A stretch of 64,000 bases of DNA from NCBI GenBank assembly GCA_010909165.1, contig VJWM01000103.1:310001-374000 (forward strand), in the 5' to 3' direction. Both the position numbers and the translations under genes were made by a program. The notes under the pieces are model-generated. The model had not been told where the DNA came from. It searched no databases and worked only from the letters and a program-made list of their open reading frames with translations. Below, one piece after another: positions 39,763 through 52,871 of this stretch (position 1 is the stretch's first letter; each line of letters opens with the position of its first letter). Source of the DNA: Anthoceros angustus. Lineage: Eukaryota; Plantae; Anthocerotophyta.

Positions 39763-40479
39763 CCGAGCGATAGGTAGCTTTTTTATAGTGAATTTGGAGA
39801 TTTCATGATATTTTTAAATATACCTTTTTTTAGTGAATTCGAAGACTATATAAATATTTCAATATATTCATCAAAATCCTGCATTGGGATTTTTATATGG
39901 AGTAATCTCTTAGACACTAACAACTCGCAACCCTAAACCCTAAAGTCTACATGGTGTTTACATGGGCCCGGGGGATGAGGTGCTAACACGTGGCCCAGAA
40001 AGACCTGAAGCTGAGGATGGGTGAAAGCCCATCCAAACACTGATGCGTCCCGAGGACGCTTAACTGTGGGTTCCAATCATCTGCATGTCACTCCTTGAAG
40101 GGAGGACTTAGGGTACCTTTTAGACGGGATGGATAAACGACACACTGGGTTATGTGGGCACATTTCAAAAATACCAAGTTGTGCACGAGGCTCAAGGCTG
40201 TGGTGATCCACAATTCATGGCCATATCTTCAGTGACGATGAGGGAACCCGCGGCGAGCTCGAGTCGGATTCAGAAACCTGGTGCTGCACACGCGCATGAA
40301 TTCAGCTGTGAGATCGCTGCGTTTCAGAGTTTCAGTCTGCTCAAGGTCGGAGCATAGAACAATGATACTTATCGCCTGATCTGGACAGCTGGGTGTCCTC
40401 CACAGAAGTAACCATAACATAAAAAGCAAACACCAGGGAATTTGGGTATGGGCTGTGGCCCAACCTGACCTGGAGTGTC

Positions 40480-41920
40480 TGCCATTCCCCAAGGCCGTGG
40501 TGCTGGAGAATGTGAGCCTTCAGCCCCTTCCGCCCAAGGATCAAGAGTGTGTGCCAGCCATGTCATAGTCCTAACTTCCGAAGCCATGGATGTTCTGTAT
40601 GGTTGCCAACCTAGATGTCATCACCTGGTGTGCCATAATCTCTGCTCTTTTTACGCACGAACAAGACAAGAAGGCCAAGCAGCTGTATCATGCGATGCGG
40701 AGATCAAGCGCAAGCCTAGTGGCCATGTGTTTGTAGCAGCCCTTCAGGCTTGTGCAAGGGGAGCAGACTTGAAATCTGGGCAGCCAGTGCAAGCTGATGT
40801 GTTGGCTAGGGGCGTTGAGCCTGATTTATTTGTGTGTACTAGTTGCTGGGTGGACATTCATGCAAAGAGTGGCAGCTTACAAGACGCCCAGAAAGTGTTT
40901 GATGGGCTTCTTCGAAAGGATGCGGTAACGTGGAATGCCATGATAGGAAAGATACTTCCAGGACATGGGTCAGGAAGCCCTTCAGTCGTTATAGTGCTGT
41001 GCTAGAAGAAGGCACGTCAACAGCCAATTCTGTGACATTCGTGTGCCTCCTGCAGGCATGTGCAAGGCTACTCTCAGCAGGATATAGAGCATGAAGCCCT
41101 TAGTCTTTATAATGCTATGCAAGAAGAAGGTATGGTTCCAGCAGAATCTATGACATTTGTACAGTGTCCCTCCTGCAGGCTTGTGCAAGTGTTGGCAACA
41201 CTGTGGAGCAAGGGAAGCAGCTTCATAACACATTAGGGAACAAGGACTTCAGGCTGATGTGTTTATAGCTAACAGTTTGGTAGACATGCACGCCAAGTGT
41301 GGGAGCCTAGAGTATGCTGACCGTGTATTTATGCAGCAGAGTGACTTGGAGTGCCTTGATAGCCAGATATTGTACGCAGGGTCTGGGGAAGAAACCCTTG
41401 ACCTTTACGGTGTTATGCAAGAAGAAGGTTTAGTTGCACCTAATTCTGTGACATCCGTTTGCCTCCTGCAGGCATGTCAAGTGTAGGCACCCCATCTTTG
41501 ACGAAGGGAAATCCAGCTTCACGCTCAAAGTAGAGAACTGCAGCTTCCGGCTGATGTGTTTGTTGCCAACAGCTCGTTAAATCTGTAAGACAGAGTGTGG
41601 GATCATAGAGGATGCTCGGGTCGTGTTTGACAGAGTTCGTGAAAAACACTCGGTGACGTAGACTGCCATGATAGCTAGGATATTCTTAACACGGCATGGG
41701 GCAAAAAGCCCTGGAGCTTGACAGGGCTATGCAAGATCAAAGCATGGCAGTGCCTGATTCTATAATATTTGTTTCCCTCCTGCAGGCATGTGCAAGTGTG
41801 GGTAGTCCAGGTTATGAGACGGGAAAGCAGCTCCATGCGCATACCAGAGAACAAGGGCTGCTGGCGGATGTGTTGGTAGCCAGTAGTTTGGTAGACATGT
41901 ATGCAAAGTGTCGCTGTGTA
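40480..41920 (+). pseudogene. Degenerate PLS-PPR pseudogene
   Basis: Fragments PSGHVFVAALQACA, VFIANSLVDMHAKCGSL and VLVASSLVDMYAKC in shifting frames with stops. Confidence 0.85.
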
Positions 41921-42369
41921 GTGAAGGAGTCTCATCATCCGAATCTTGCTCCATATTTTCTGTACCGGCCAAAAGCGACTCCTGAGTACTTGTATTGGTG
42001 AAGATATGTACGGCTTCCTCCATTGTTCAGAGAGGGCATGCAGCACCAAAGCAAGGCAAGGTCTTGTCCGCAGCACCCACAGCACCCACAGCAATTCGGG
42101 CGGGCTAGGTAATGACGAGATTACCGGGACTTATGGATCCCGGGCGGTTGCAAAGGAACCAGAGTCTGCAACCCTACGAATAAAGGGCCTTTTTTTGGCT
42201 CGACTGCGACTTGGAAGGCACCGAAAGGGGACAGCTCTTCGCGGAAAAGAAGGCCAAAAATAAGGTCCCCTTCTTTTCGGAGTGAACAGCGAACAGCGCC
42301 GTTCACTTTGTCAGTCTTTGATGTGAAAGCCCATCAGCGGCTGCTCTCATCCGGCCCTTTCCTCCATCC

Positions 42370-42670
42370 CTCGGTATATTCCATGGAAGCTTCTGAGGAA
42401 TCCAGAGTTGTGGGAGAAACGAATAAAATTGGACCCTGACCGCTTTGATCATGAGCCAAATCCGGACCTGCGAGAACCAGAGATGAGAATGGTTGTGTTT
42501 GGGCGAGGCCACGCTGGGCACCTACATGGTTCTGCTGGCTGTTTCCAGACGGATTCACTGCTTCAACTTGACAATCGCACCTGGCAAACCGTTCATTTCA
42601 CCCAAGAATGTGGATTGACGACCCCAATGAAAATTCATCTCCAGGCTTTTGGCAAACGTCGTCTGCCGGG
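42370..42670 (+). pseudogene. Cytochrome P450 3' fragment with the heme Cys region deleted
   Basis: LLRNPELWEK..LDPDRF..MVVFGRG is followed by a deletion/frameshift, then GLTTPMKIHLQAFGKRRLP. Confidence 0.7.
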
Positions 42671-42974
42671 AATATATGTCCCCTCACACTTGTCCGGAAC
42701 AGCATATATCTGTGGAGACGTTGAGACCACTTGTCAGCTTAGCTGCCCACCTCATCCCGGATAGAATACGACCCAAAAAATGCAAAGATCTCACAGCAAT
42801 GATCCCTAGATATTCTGTACTGCCAGCAGTCCCAGGAGAGCTGGCACAGGCACAAGAGGAAGGGGATACTGTGTCCTCCGCTTGGCTTTATGCTTCCCCA
42901 TAATACATGACCTCTTTGTAAATACATGTTACAGAAGCAGCATGTGAGCGCACACATCACACAAGCAGAATTTA

Positions 42975-44452
42975 TCAAGCTACGGCTGCACCATTCGCAG
43001 CGTCTAACCGAAGACTATCCAGGTGGCGCTTCCCTTCTATGAACTGGCCTCGATAACCTAAATATTCCTGGTAGGTGACGGCGCGGTACTGCGGGGGCTC
43101 GCCCTTGGTTGGGTGGGGGACCAGCACGGCATCCAGCTCGGGACGCAATCCCACCAACAAAGAAATGCGGTCTCCCACGGAACTCACGATGCCTCGGTGC
43201 AGCACGCTCTCGTACCTCCCGTTGCTGATGATCTGCACCGATAAGCCACGTAGAAACGAAATACAAGAATCAGCCACATCCGTGACAAGACATGAATGCG
43301 GGCATTGCAGGTGCGTTGGAAGTTGGCAGCCTACCTCCACAACATCCCCGGCGTTGACAATGAGAGCTCCAGGCACGGACTTGATGGTGAGCCACTCGTC
43401 GTTGTGGTAGATCTGAAGACCGGGCACGCCCAGCGTCTCCTGCAGGATGTTGAGGGCGCTGGCATCAGCGTGCGCGTTCAGGCCGATCACCTCCGACGGC
43501 CTCGAGCAGGGCGGGTAGTAGTTGGTAGCCCCTGATGCAATGTGGCAGAGGTCCCCCAAGTAGGAGGTCGGTAGGCCCAGGTTCTCGCTCATGATAGAGA
43601 GCAGAACGGAGCCCAGCTTTTCTACCTCGTCCTGCCACTTGACCACCTTTTCCCTGCAGAAAACGCCGCAGATTAAACAGGAACGACTTTAGTAGTGAAG
43701 ATCCAACATAAATCCATGTCATGCAAGCTTCAGCCATTCCCAGAAGACGCACTCCACAGCTGGAGAGCCCAAAGTGCGAGCGTACAGCAGTGCTGACCTG
43801 TAATCGGCAGGCGTCTTGGGCCACTCGTGCCCCTCCTCGGGCCCGTGGTACTTTTCATGGTGGTGGAAGAAGAAATCGCGCCACTCCAGCTCTGTCTCCC
43901 GGGGCCGAATGTTGAAGCGCCCGTATCCGGCGAAGTTGATCCCGGGCTGCTTCACCGCGCATTTCAGCTTCTCCTCCAGAGGCAGCGCGTAGAACTGGCG
44001 CACCACCTCCATTCCTTGCTCCATCACCGACGGATCTATCCCATGATTCACAACCTACAGCATCCGCACGGGTACCCAACCCAGCACCATGACATTCAGG
44101 ATTCTTGATGGGCAATCCTCCCGCGCTACTGAATCTCAAACCTGATCCCCACTGGAGTGCTAACCTGGAAGAATCCCCATTTCTCGCAGGCGGAAGCGAG
44201 CTGGGCGCGTACGTGCTGTTTGGCCTGCTCGTCGCCTGTAAGGTAGCCGGAGATGTCGATCACGGGCACCTCCTCCTCGGAAGCTGTCCGGAGGCTGGAG
44301 ACGACCGGCTTGGCCCGCAGGAAGCAGGCGGGCACCTCGCCTTTCTCGGCGATCAACTGGACGGGCGCTTTCTGGAAAAATTCCAGCGGCAGCTCGCTCT
44401 CATCACCGCCAGTCGATTGTAGCCTCTGAAGCTGAGCCATGTCCAGCGCCAT
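42975..44452 (-). CDS. 2-oxoglutarate/Fe(II) dioxygenase (DOXC class), 4 exons
   Basis: VPVIDI, ACEKWGFFQ|VVNHGI, NYYPPC, HAD iron motif, GRYESVLHRG and RIS 2OG motif. Confidence 0.95.
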
Positions 44453-45015
44453 CTCTTCCTCCCCGACTTCCACACGGCTGCAGGAGCGTCCACCCTTGCT
44501 GCTGATAGAATGAGATCGAGATCTGTTGTCTGCATCAGCAGACGGGGCTATGTATCGGTGCAGATGGATCCACAGTACCTGCTCCTTCCCGACACTCCAA
44601 TAATTTGTACGCAAGCGTCCAGTCGTTGAATCAAGTCGTCGCTGCCAAACCTCTGAGAAGTGGTCAGCGGGGCGGGGTCCACTGCTGATTGACTGTGTCT
44701 GCGCTTTCGCCTCGCCTCCAACTTTGGAAGAATTGTTTTGTCAAAAGTACTAGTTACAGCACAGGGCGGTGCTGTAAAGACGGTGGGCCCGTGTTTAGTT
44801 TTATGTTTGATGTGCGGCTACGTGGCCCCGTCACCTGGTTGGGCTCCACCAACGACGCCCTTTTCGCAAGTTGGCTTGGCTCTGGCTCTGGCTAGCCGTA
44901 AAAATCAGGTGGCCAGGTGCGGGGCCCGCTGACTCCCAGGTGCAGAGCGGGCATGACCATGTAGTCCATACCCTCTCAATCTGCCATATGAATATGTATA
45001 TACCTCTGTATAACC

Positions 45016-45075
45016 CTCTGGCTCTCGCTCTGGCTCTGCCTCTGCCTCTGCCTCTGCCTCCGCCTCTGCCTCTGG
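45016..45075. repeat. (CTCTGC/G)n microsatellite
   Basis: Hexamer run. Confidence 0.9.
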
Positions 45076-45487
45076 CCCCGGCTCTGTTCAACCTCCCGAT
45101 CGATCGCGCGACACCGAGTATATGTACATACACCTCTACTCTATTGTGAGCCTGCGTAATGAGAGTCCCATCTTGTAAATGTAGCGGAACGCACAGTACA
45201 TATGCCCGTGTGGGAGGAACAGCGGGCTTCTTATTGCCGTTCTATACGGGATCGGGAGCCCGTTGACGTTGCCGCTGTCGCCGCGCTCCCGATCTTCTCG
45301 GGAACGGGATCGCGGAAGCAGCGGCAGCGGGTGCGCAGCTGGCAGCGGGCGTGCGGCTGGGTGCCTCCCACAAGAGGCGGCTGGGGGCCGATTACACCTG
45401 TGTTCTGTGGGGTCTCCGTGCTGGGAGCTGGGAGTTGCTGCTGCGGCCTTCTTCTGGAGCCCAAAACCTTGGCCCTTGCAGCCCATC

Positions 45488-45523
45488 GGACGGGGACGGG
45501 GACGGGGACGGGGACGGGGACGG
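45488..45523. repeat. (GGGACG)n microsatellite
   Basis: Hexamer run. Confidence 0.9.
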
Positions 45524-46439
45524 CCTGCAGCTTCGACCCCGTGCCGAGATGGTGGCCGCTCGGCCCACCTGCAGTACGGCTGCCTTTTGTGAAGCGACAC
45601 GAAATCTCTGCTGTACGTTCCGCGCAATAACTCGTCATGGCTTCATGACGCTTGAAGTGGAAGCGGCCGGCGTTCGGGTTCGGACCGCGCGGGTCTGTAC
45701 AGCGCGGTTTCCTCTCTTCACGCCGCACAAATCTGGCCAGCCATGGCTGTTTCACGCATGGTACCTACAATGCTACGTGCGAACGCCTAGGCTGGCTCCT
45801 TCCGCGCGGTGCCACCGTACACTCCATGGTTGTGACTACTGTATGCACAGCTGGAGCGCACCGGCAATAACAAAGAAAGAAAGACGAGAAAAGAATGTCC
45901 AGCAAAGACAAAGGGGGGAGATCCTTCGGTTCATGCAAAAGCTGGGCTGACTCTGCCGTCTGTGACGTGCAGTGTGCACCACTCCACGCCGGATGCTAAA
46001 CATACACACCGACTTGCCAATGATTTTTTAGTTTCAAATATCCTAACTAGCTGGAAGTATCTGGCATGGAGCACACGAGCTGCAGAAAAATGGCCCGGCT
46101 GAATAGGAGGGACTGGAGAGCCGGACTATGGCGCGCCGTTAGGGCCACTTCGCATGTAGGCGGACTTAGGCCGGTGAAGTCGAACAAGGTTTTAACGAAC
46201 ATCACGTCCAAAGTGACGTCACTTAGGCGGTTGCGGTTTCGGGCCTACACGTCCCCGTTGTAAGTTGTAAGAGTGATCATTTTGCCGTCATAGGCTTTGC
46301 AGTGTCTTGACCTCTTACCGGCACCTTGATCTCGGGGCTTGGGAGACCTTTGTACTCATTTCAAGTATATTTTTTATTCTTTATAACATATTTATTATAT
46401 TTCATAAATTTTATTTTTAATCACTGATTTTTTATTGTG

Positions 46440-46810
46440 TTATATGATGAAAATGAGGCGCATCATATCAAGCATTGTTGGACTGTGTCCATGATACGAG
46501 CTCATGCATCTTTGATCCAATATTGATGACTTGAACCAATTATAACATGTACTACAGTAAACCTAGGGTACGTGATATGTGGATATTATACAAGCACATA
46601 GCGGATGAAAGAAGGATTATCCAAATTTTCAGGTTTGTACCAATTAGAAGATGTAGCAATAGATATCAATGGGCACCTTATTCAAGAGTACATAATTGGT
46701 GATGCAAGACCCCCTTTATTGCCTTGGTTAATAGTTTCCATTTCCCGAGCATGGATTGTCATCGGAGTTTGATTCCTTCAACTTTAAACGTTCTATCATC
46801 AATAACATCC
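46440..46810 (+). mobile_element. PIF/Harbinger-like DDE transposase remnant
   Basis: Degenerate VHDT, EYIIGDA.PLLPWLIV and FDSFNFK.S motifs. Confidence 0.6.
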
Positions 46811-47909
46811 AACACAGTATGAAAAAATGACTTTAATAGTGTCTCTCGGGATAGGGGAAGGGGTTTGTTTTCAAACTTGTTTTTTGGCCACAAGATACCA
46901 GCACTAACATGTCGGATTTCGCTAATTTCAACCTAATGGAAAACTATGGCCATGCATCCGCACAAACGTAACAGCCAAATGCGACGAACGTCCAACGCAC
47001 AAGTTGAAACGTGCAAATTGCTCTTTGGGGTTTTTGATAGGGCCGGAAAGCTACACTCATTTCGTACATAGAAAAAGCGCAAATATCATTGAAACTGCAA
47101 ACAAGCAATAAAAAACAACAGGGTGAACTTTACTTAAACAAGCTAAACTAGCACAATAAGTAGTTTGTGTAATGATGCGCCGGACGTGGGGTTCCTGCAA
47201 TCGACAAGGCGATGAGCGGAGATAAAAATTCCTGAGAGTGCCTAGCATGAACAAACAGATAGTAGAAATCCACAGTCTACAAGTAGAAAGTGTGCCAGAC
47301 GTCCGGCACACAAGCATTTTTCTACACCGTAACACCAAAGGCAAAGCAGGCACACTCTATTAAAGGCCAACCCACCAAAAATGATAGCTCCCCATCTCAA
47401 AATTAATTCATCCCCAAGCTACTTAACTATGGAGTTCTTATCTCGAAAGGTCTATACCCTAAGGAATGTTATTATGCCATATTGAAATAAGTAATACATG
47501 TAGGCAATGCACCGGACATCTAACACACAAGGAGCAAACAAAAGTTGGCGCACAAGCGCTTTTTTACTCCTTCTCTGCCAGATGGCCGATGCACAATGTT
47601 TTCTGCGCCATAAAAGCAAAGGCATAGCACACACACTCCATTTAGGGCCAAGCCACCACAAAAGATAGTTCCTCATCGCAGCACTTATCCAAGTTTTTAT
47701 CTGCAGTGTTCTTATCTTAGGAGGTCTATTTGAAACCCCATTCTAGGAGTTGAACATGTTGCATGTAAAAATAATCCATGTAAGAATGCGTCCGGATGTC
47801 CGGCGTAAGTTTCTGCAGACCCGCGCTAATGATATCTCCCTCTGTCTTACACTCTTTCGATAGAGTTCTAGGGGCTATGTACGCACTTGGTGCCACACGA
47901 GTGGTGCGA

Positions 47910-50240
47910 AATGATCACTGTCATTTCTCACTCAAGATCCAATTCTCAAGAAGAGACGGAATCCAACCATTAAAGAGTCAACTCACTAGGAGAATAGTGA
48001 GAAATCATCACGGACTTTCCATGGAATTGTATGCAGAAGATATATCCATGTCTGAAGAGCGGAAGAAGTGGGATAAATGAAGAGTGTAAAAGGAGGGATA
48101 AAAGCATATAACACCATAACTTTTGAAGGGGGTGAATAATCTCGATGGGGGTTTTCCGTAAATAATTTCTGAAAAGGGTTTTGATGGGCCCTAAAACAGC
48201 TTTATTAGTCATTCGAAAACATCTTGAAAAAAGAGGTCACCCGAAGAAAGTTACTACTTTCCAACCAAAATGTTTCGTCGAATGGTGGTCAAACTCGAAC
48301 CTATGGGATTATTGCAAAGTGGACCAGAAGGAAGGCCGTCACGGGAAGGGACGACCATAAATTCAGTTTTGGAAGGAAAATGTGATTTAGTAAGGACACA
48401 ACAAAAGCCACGAAGAGGCTATTTCCAAAATACGATTACATCTGGAACCGAACGTACAACATTCACTCTGGGACCCCGGGACAAACCGTGATTTGAGTTT
48501 TACTCATCCCCAGAGTTCAATCCTTCGTCATCACTTGGTCCAACTTCTCCAACATTGTCATTACAATCTTCAACGGCACTTGATTCAGATCGTATGAAGC
48601 CGCAACTCGCAAAGCTTATCCCTTATCACTTTTTGTCCACCGCATACAAATGTTTCCGCATGCTCAACACAAACCCCATAATCTGAATGATCACCGCTAT
48701 TTCTCACTCAAGATCCAATTCTCAAGAAGAGACGGAATCCAACCATTAAAGAGTCAACTCACTAGGAGAATAGTGAGAAATCATCACGGACTTTCCATGG
48801 AATTGTATGCGTAAGATATATCCATGTCTCAAGAGCGGAAGAAGTGGATAAATGAAGAGTGTAAAAGGAGGGATAAAAGCATATAACACCATAACTTTTG
48901 AAGGGGTGAATAATCTCGATGGGGTTTTCCGTAAATAATTTCAAAAGGGTTTTGATGGGCCCTAAAGCTTTATTAGTCATTCGAAAACATCTTGAAAAAA
49001 GAGGTCACCCGAAGAAAGTTACTACTTTCCAACCAAATGTTTCGTCGAATGGTGGTCAAACTCGAACCTATGGGATTATTGCAAAGTGGACCAGAAGGAA
49101 GGCCGTCACGGGAAGGGACGACCATAAATTCGCTTTGGAAGGAAAATGTGATTTAGTAAGGACACAACAAAAGCCACGAAGAGGCTATTTCCAAAATACG
49201 ATTACATCTGGAACCGAACGTACAACATTCACTCTGGGACCCCGGGACAAACCGTGATTTGAGTTTTACTCATCCCCAGAGTTCAATCCTTCGTCATCAC
49301 TTGGTCCAACTTCTCCAACATTGTCATTACAATCTTCAACGGCACTTCGATTCGTAGACTGTATGAAGCCGCGCAACTCGCAAAGCTTATCCCTTATCAC
49401 TTTTTTGTCCACCGCATACAAATGTTTCCGTGCGTTCAACACAAACCCATAATACTGAAATGATCACCGCTATTTCTCACTCAAGATCCAATTCTCAAGA
49501 AGAGACGGAATCCAACCATTAAAGAGTCAACTCACTAGGAGAATAGTGAGAAATCATCACGGACTTTCCATGGAATTGTATGCAGAAGATATATCCATGT
49601 CTGAAGAGCGGAAGAAGTGGGATAAATGAAGAGTGTAAAAGGAGGGATAAAAGCATATAACACCATAACTTTTGAAGGGGGTGAATAATCTCGATGGGGG
49701 TTTTCCGTAAATAATTTCTGAAAAGGGTTTTGATGGGCCCTAAAACAGCGTTTATTAGTCATTCCGGAAAACATCTTCGAAAAAAAGAGGTCACCCAGTA
49801 AAGTTACTACTTTCCAACCAGCAATGTTTCTGTCGAATGGTGGTCGCAAACTCGAACCTATGGGATTATTGCAAAGTGGGACTCAGAAGGAAGGCCGTCA
49901 CGGGAAGGGACGACCATAAATTCGCTTTGAAGGAAAATGTGATTTAGTAAGGACACAACAAAAGCCACGAAGAGGCTATTTCCAAAATACGATTACATCC
50001 GAACCGAACATTCACTGGGACCCCGGACAAACCGTGATTTGAGTTTTACTCATCCCCAGAGTTCAATCCTTCGTCATCACTTGGTCCAACTTCTCCAACA
50101 TTGTCATTACAATCTTCAACGGCACTTCGATTCGTAGACTGTATGAAGCCGCGCAACTCGCAAAGCTTATCCCTTATCACTTTTTTGTCCACCGCATACA
50201 AATGTTTCCGTGCGTTCAACACAAACCCATAATACAGAAT
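47910..50240. repeat. About 775-bp tandem triplication
   Basis: atgatcac...tttctcactcaagatcc recurs at about 47911, 48687 and 49460. Confidence 0.92.
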
Positions 50241-50890
50241 GACTGTTTCATTCACAAATACCTCCTGAATGTTTTTTAGGTAATGGACCTTATTCATTTT
50301 TTCCTCGGCATTGGACCAGATGGGTTGGCACTCTGGTGGACTATATATTCCTGCACATCTCTCCCTTCGTACGCATCTGTGTGCTCGGTCCGGTACTAGT
50401 GGATAAGAAAGTGAGGTCGTGGTGCATTTAGCTTCGCGTCAATGACCTTCCCAATCCAGAATGGCTTGTTATGCGTGTCGCTAGTGCACGGCACTGCCAG
50501 AAATATCCCCTTCCGGATTTCCGTTATGTCCCCATTCATCCGCGCCATTTCCCGCTGTTGCCTTCCCGCATTTTGATATGCCCCCAAGTACATATCACGC
50601 TGAGGGAGGTCCCTCAATAATGCCTCATCCAGCAAAGCTTCATCCAGCACTTGAAGTGGTCGGGCTGTATGATCCACTTCTCCACGTGAAAACCACTTCC
50701 AAGGACGCTCTAGCACTAGCCCGATGTTATTCTCCACAGTGACAGCAATCTCCTTTTGGTCCACCCAAAAGGCTTCCCACCACTTGTACTCTTCAGCAGT
50801 CACCTATGGACGCAAATCTTTTCACCCTTCTTGCAAATGGGCCACACCTTTCGTCGGTGATAGGATACCTGCCGTTCCCTTCTTGTCCCC
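50046..50890 (-). pseudogene. Decayed ORF, probably the C-terminus of a transposon protein
   Basis: One frame broken by stops (…YKWWEAFW…PFWIGKVID…LIH*Y…ILYYGFVLN). Family not securely identified. Confidence 0.4.
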
Positions 50891-50937
50891 CCCTAGCTCC
50901 ACCCGCATGCACCGACGGGTGGTGCTAGAGGGTACTC

Positions 50938-51286
50938 CGGCCGGCGCCCCGAAGACGCCGCCCATGGGCGCCGGCCGGCCCTCTCGCAAAGACGCCCATG
51001 GCGCCGGCCGGCGCCCGCAAAGACGCCGCCCATGGGCGCCGGCCGGCGCCCGCAAAGACGCCGCCCATGGGCGCCGGCCGGCGCCCCAACACGCCCGCCC
51101 ATGGGCGCCGGCCGGCCGGCCGGCGCCCCAACACGCCCGCCCATGGGCGCCGGCCGTCCGGCGCCCGCAAAGACGCCGCCGGCCGGCCGGCGCCCTCCCC
51201 CAACACGCCCTGCCCATGTGCGCCGGCCGGCCCGCGCCCTCCCCCAACACGCCCTGCCCATGGGCCCCCAACACACCCTGCCCATA
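50938..51286. repeat. GC-rich 35-bp minisatellite (ccggccggcgcccgcaaagacgccgcccatgggcg and variants)
   Basis: About 10 degenerate units. Confidence 0.9.
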
Positions 51287-52871
51287 GGCTATTGTTTTTT
51301 AAAATAAATAGTTAGCGATTCAAGTGGTTGCATTGAGTGCCAGAAGCTTGAAGACCACGACTGGCAAGCTTTTGGATGAAGGTCAGCAGATCCTAAATGT
51401 TGTGTGGCAGTCGACACTGTCGGAAGCTTAGCCCAAGAATTATACTAATGAATACGAGCAAGCATTGGAGGAGAATGAGAGCTTTGACGCCGAGGATATG
51501 GACCGCCTTCGGAATTTGGCGGTGGTCCTTGACTCAGTATCGGCGCAAGGCATGGACGAGTTGCTAGGCCACGCTCTTGAATGACTATTGTTGATACTGA
51601 TGACCACTTCCTCCTTTAGCAGTTGTTTTTTGCAAGGTTTTCACGAATACTGAAATGAGACTCTCGCAAGTACAAGCATGATTTTTATTGTGTTCCACCA
51701 CTTGAAAAAGTAAATATTTCCGGTTGTAATGAATAGATGCCAACGGCAGCCCACTGTGTATTCTACAAAAACGCAGACGGGCCCGCACCCTACAGTGCTC
51801 TAGTTCTAGGGTGTAGAATTGAAAGTGCGTCTTTTATCAAAGGTATGGACTCAGAAAGGGTGTGCCCATTATTAAAGCTTGGCAAATATGCTATCGTAGA
51901 AAGGGTGTAAACTGTGACAAGGGGGTGTTGTTTCGATCGAAGGAGGTTACCTATATTCCTCCCCTTAAAAAATTATCATGTTATGTGATTGGTGATGTGG
52001 GCCTGTCGAGAGGGAATCATGGTATTTAAAGCACAAAGAAGGCGCTAGGAAGAAAAAACCGCAAGTGATGATGGTAGGTGACAAGCATTCTCTGCTGTTT
52101 GTGCAACTTAGGGAGTGTATTGAACAGCAAAGCAGTGTTAGGATAAGTGGTTGCCCTGCAAGACGGATGTATAATTTAAGATTGTAGATCGATGAAAGAG
52201 GATCTCATTCAATCAAGAGTGCTTAGGCCTATTGGAGTATGGACAAAGGAGAGCGTGAACCTCAGAGGCTGATGAAGAACAGCGTCTCTTGGGATAGGTG
52301 TTATTCTCCACCAAAGGGGGTTTGGGTCGGTATATGCCAAAAAATGAACCCCACCTCCCCCTGCCAAAACACACCATCTCGTGAAACTAACTGTTTGGAC
52401 ATACACAGAAAGTTATTGACCAGGGTATTTTCTTACGAACGCTTACGCTGACAAGGTTTGGGAGGAAGAATGTTCGCGGGTTTTAACTCCGAATGGAATG
52501 GATTTTATGGTTTTTGGACAAGTGAGGAATCCTAGACACTTCTTTCGCAACCGACGTACTTCTTAGCAGAGTGAATACTAGGCAACCTAAACCAAATTAG
52601 GCCAACTAGCCAAACGGCAACTGACAACGCAAAAGAAGCAAGTCCCTAGCGGAAAAGAACCTACTGCGCCGGAGCACCAAGCTTCCGATTCTACTATGTT
52701 GCCATAAAGATACTTGAGAAGCTTCGTCCCGAGCGTTGGCTTGCGATTCTCCTGCGATGACACAAACACACTCGAGAAGCTTAGTTGTGAGTGTTGACTT
52801 GCCACAAAGCTTGCGTTTTTCCTACAGTGACACAGAAACACTTAAAAAGCTTAGTTTGGATTGTTCACTTG

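Noticed and set aside
44831-45950. Overlapping ORFs with PLPLP/RPRPRP/GTGTG runs
   Set aside because: Translations of hexamer microsatellites with no recognisable domain.
50724-51315. Several overlapping Pro/Arg/Gly-rich ORFs
   Set aside because: By-products of a stop-free GC-rich minisatellite.
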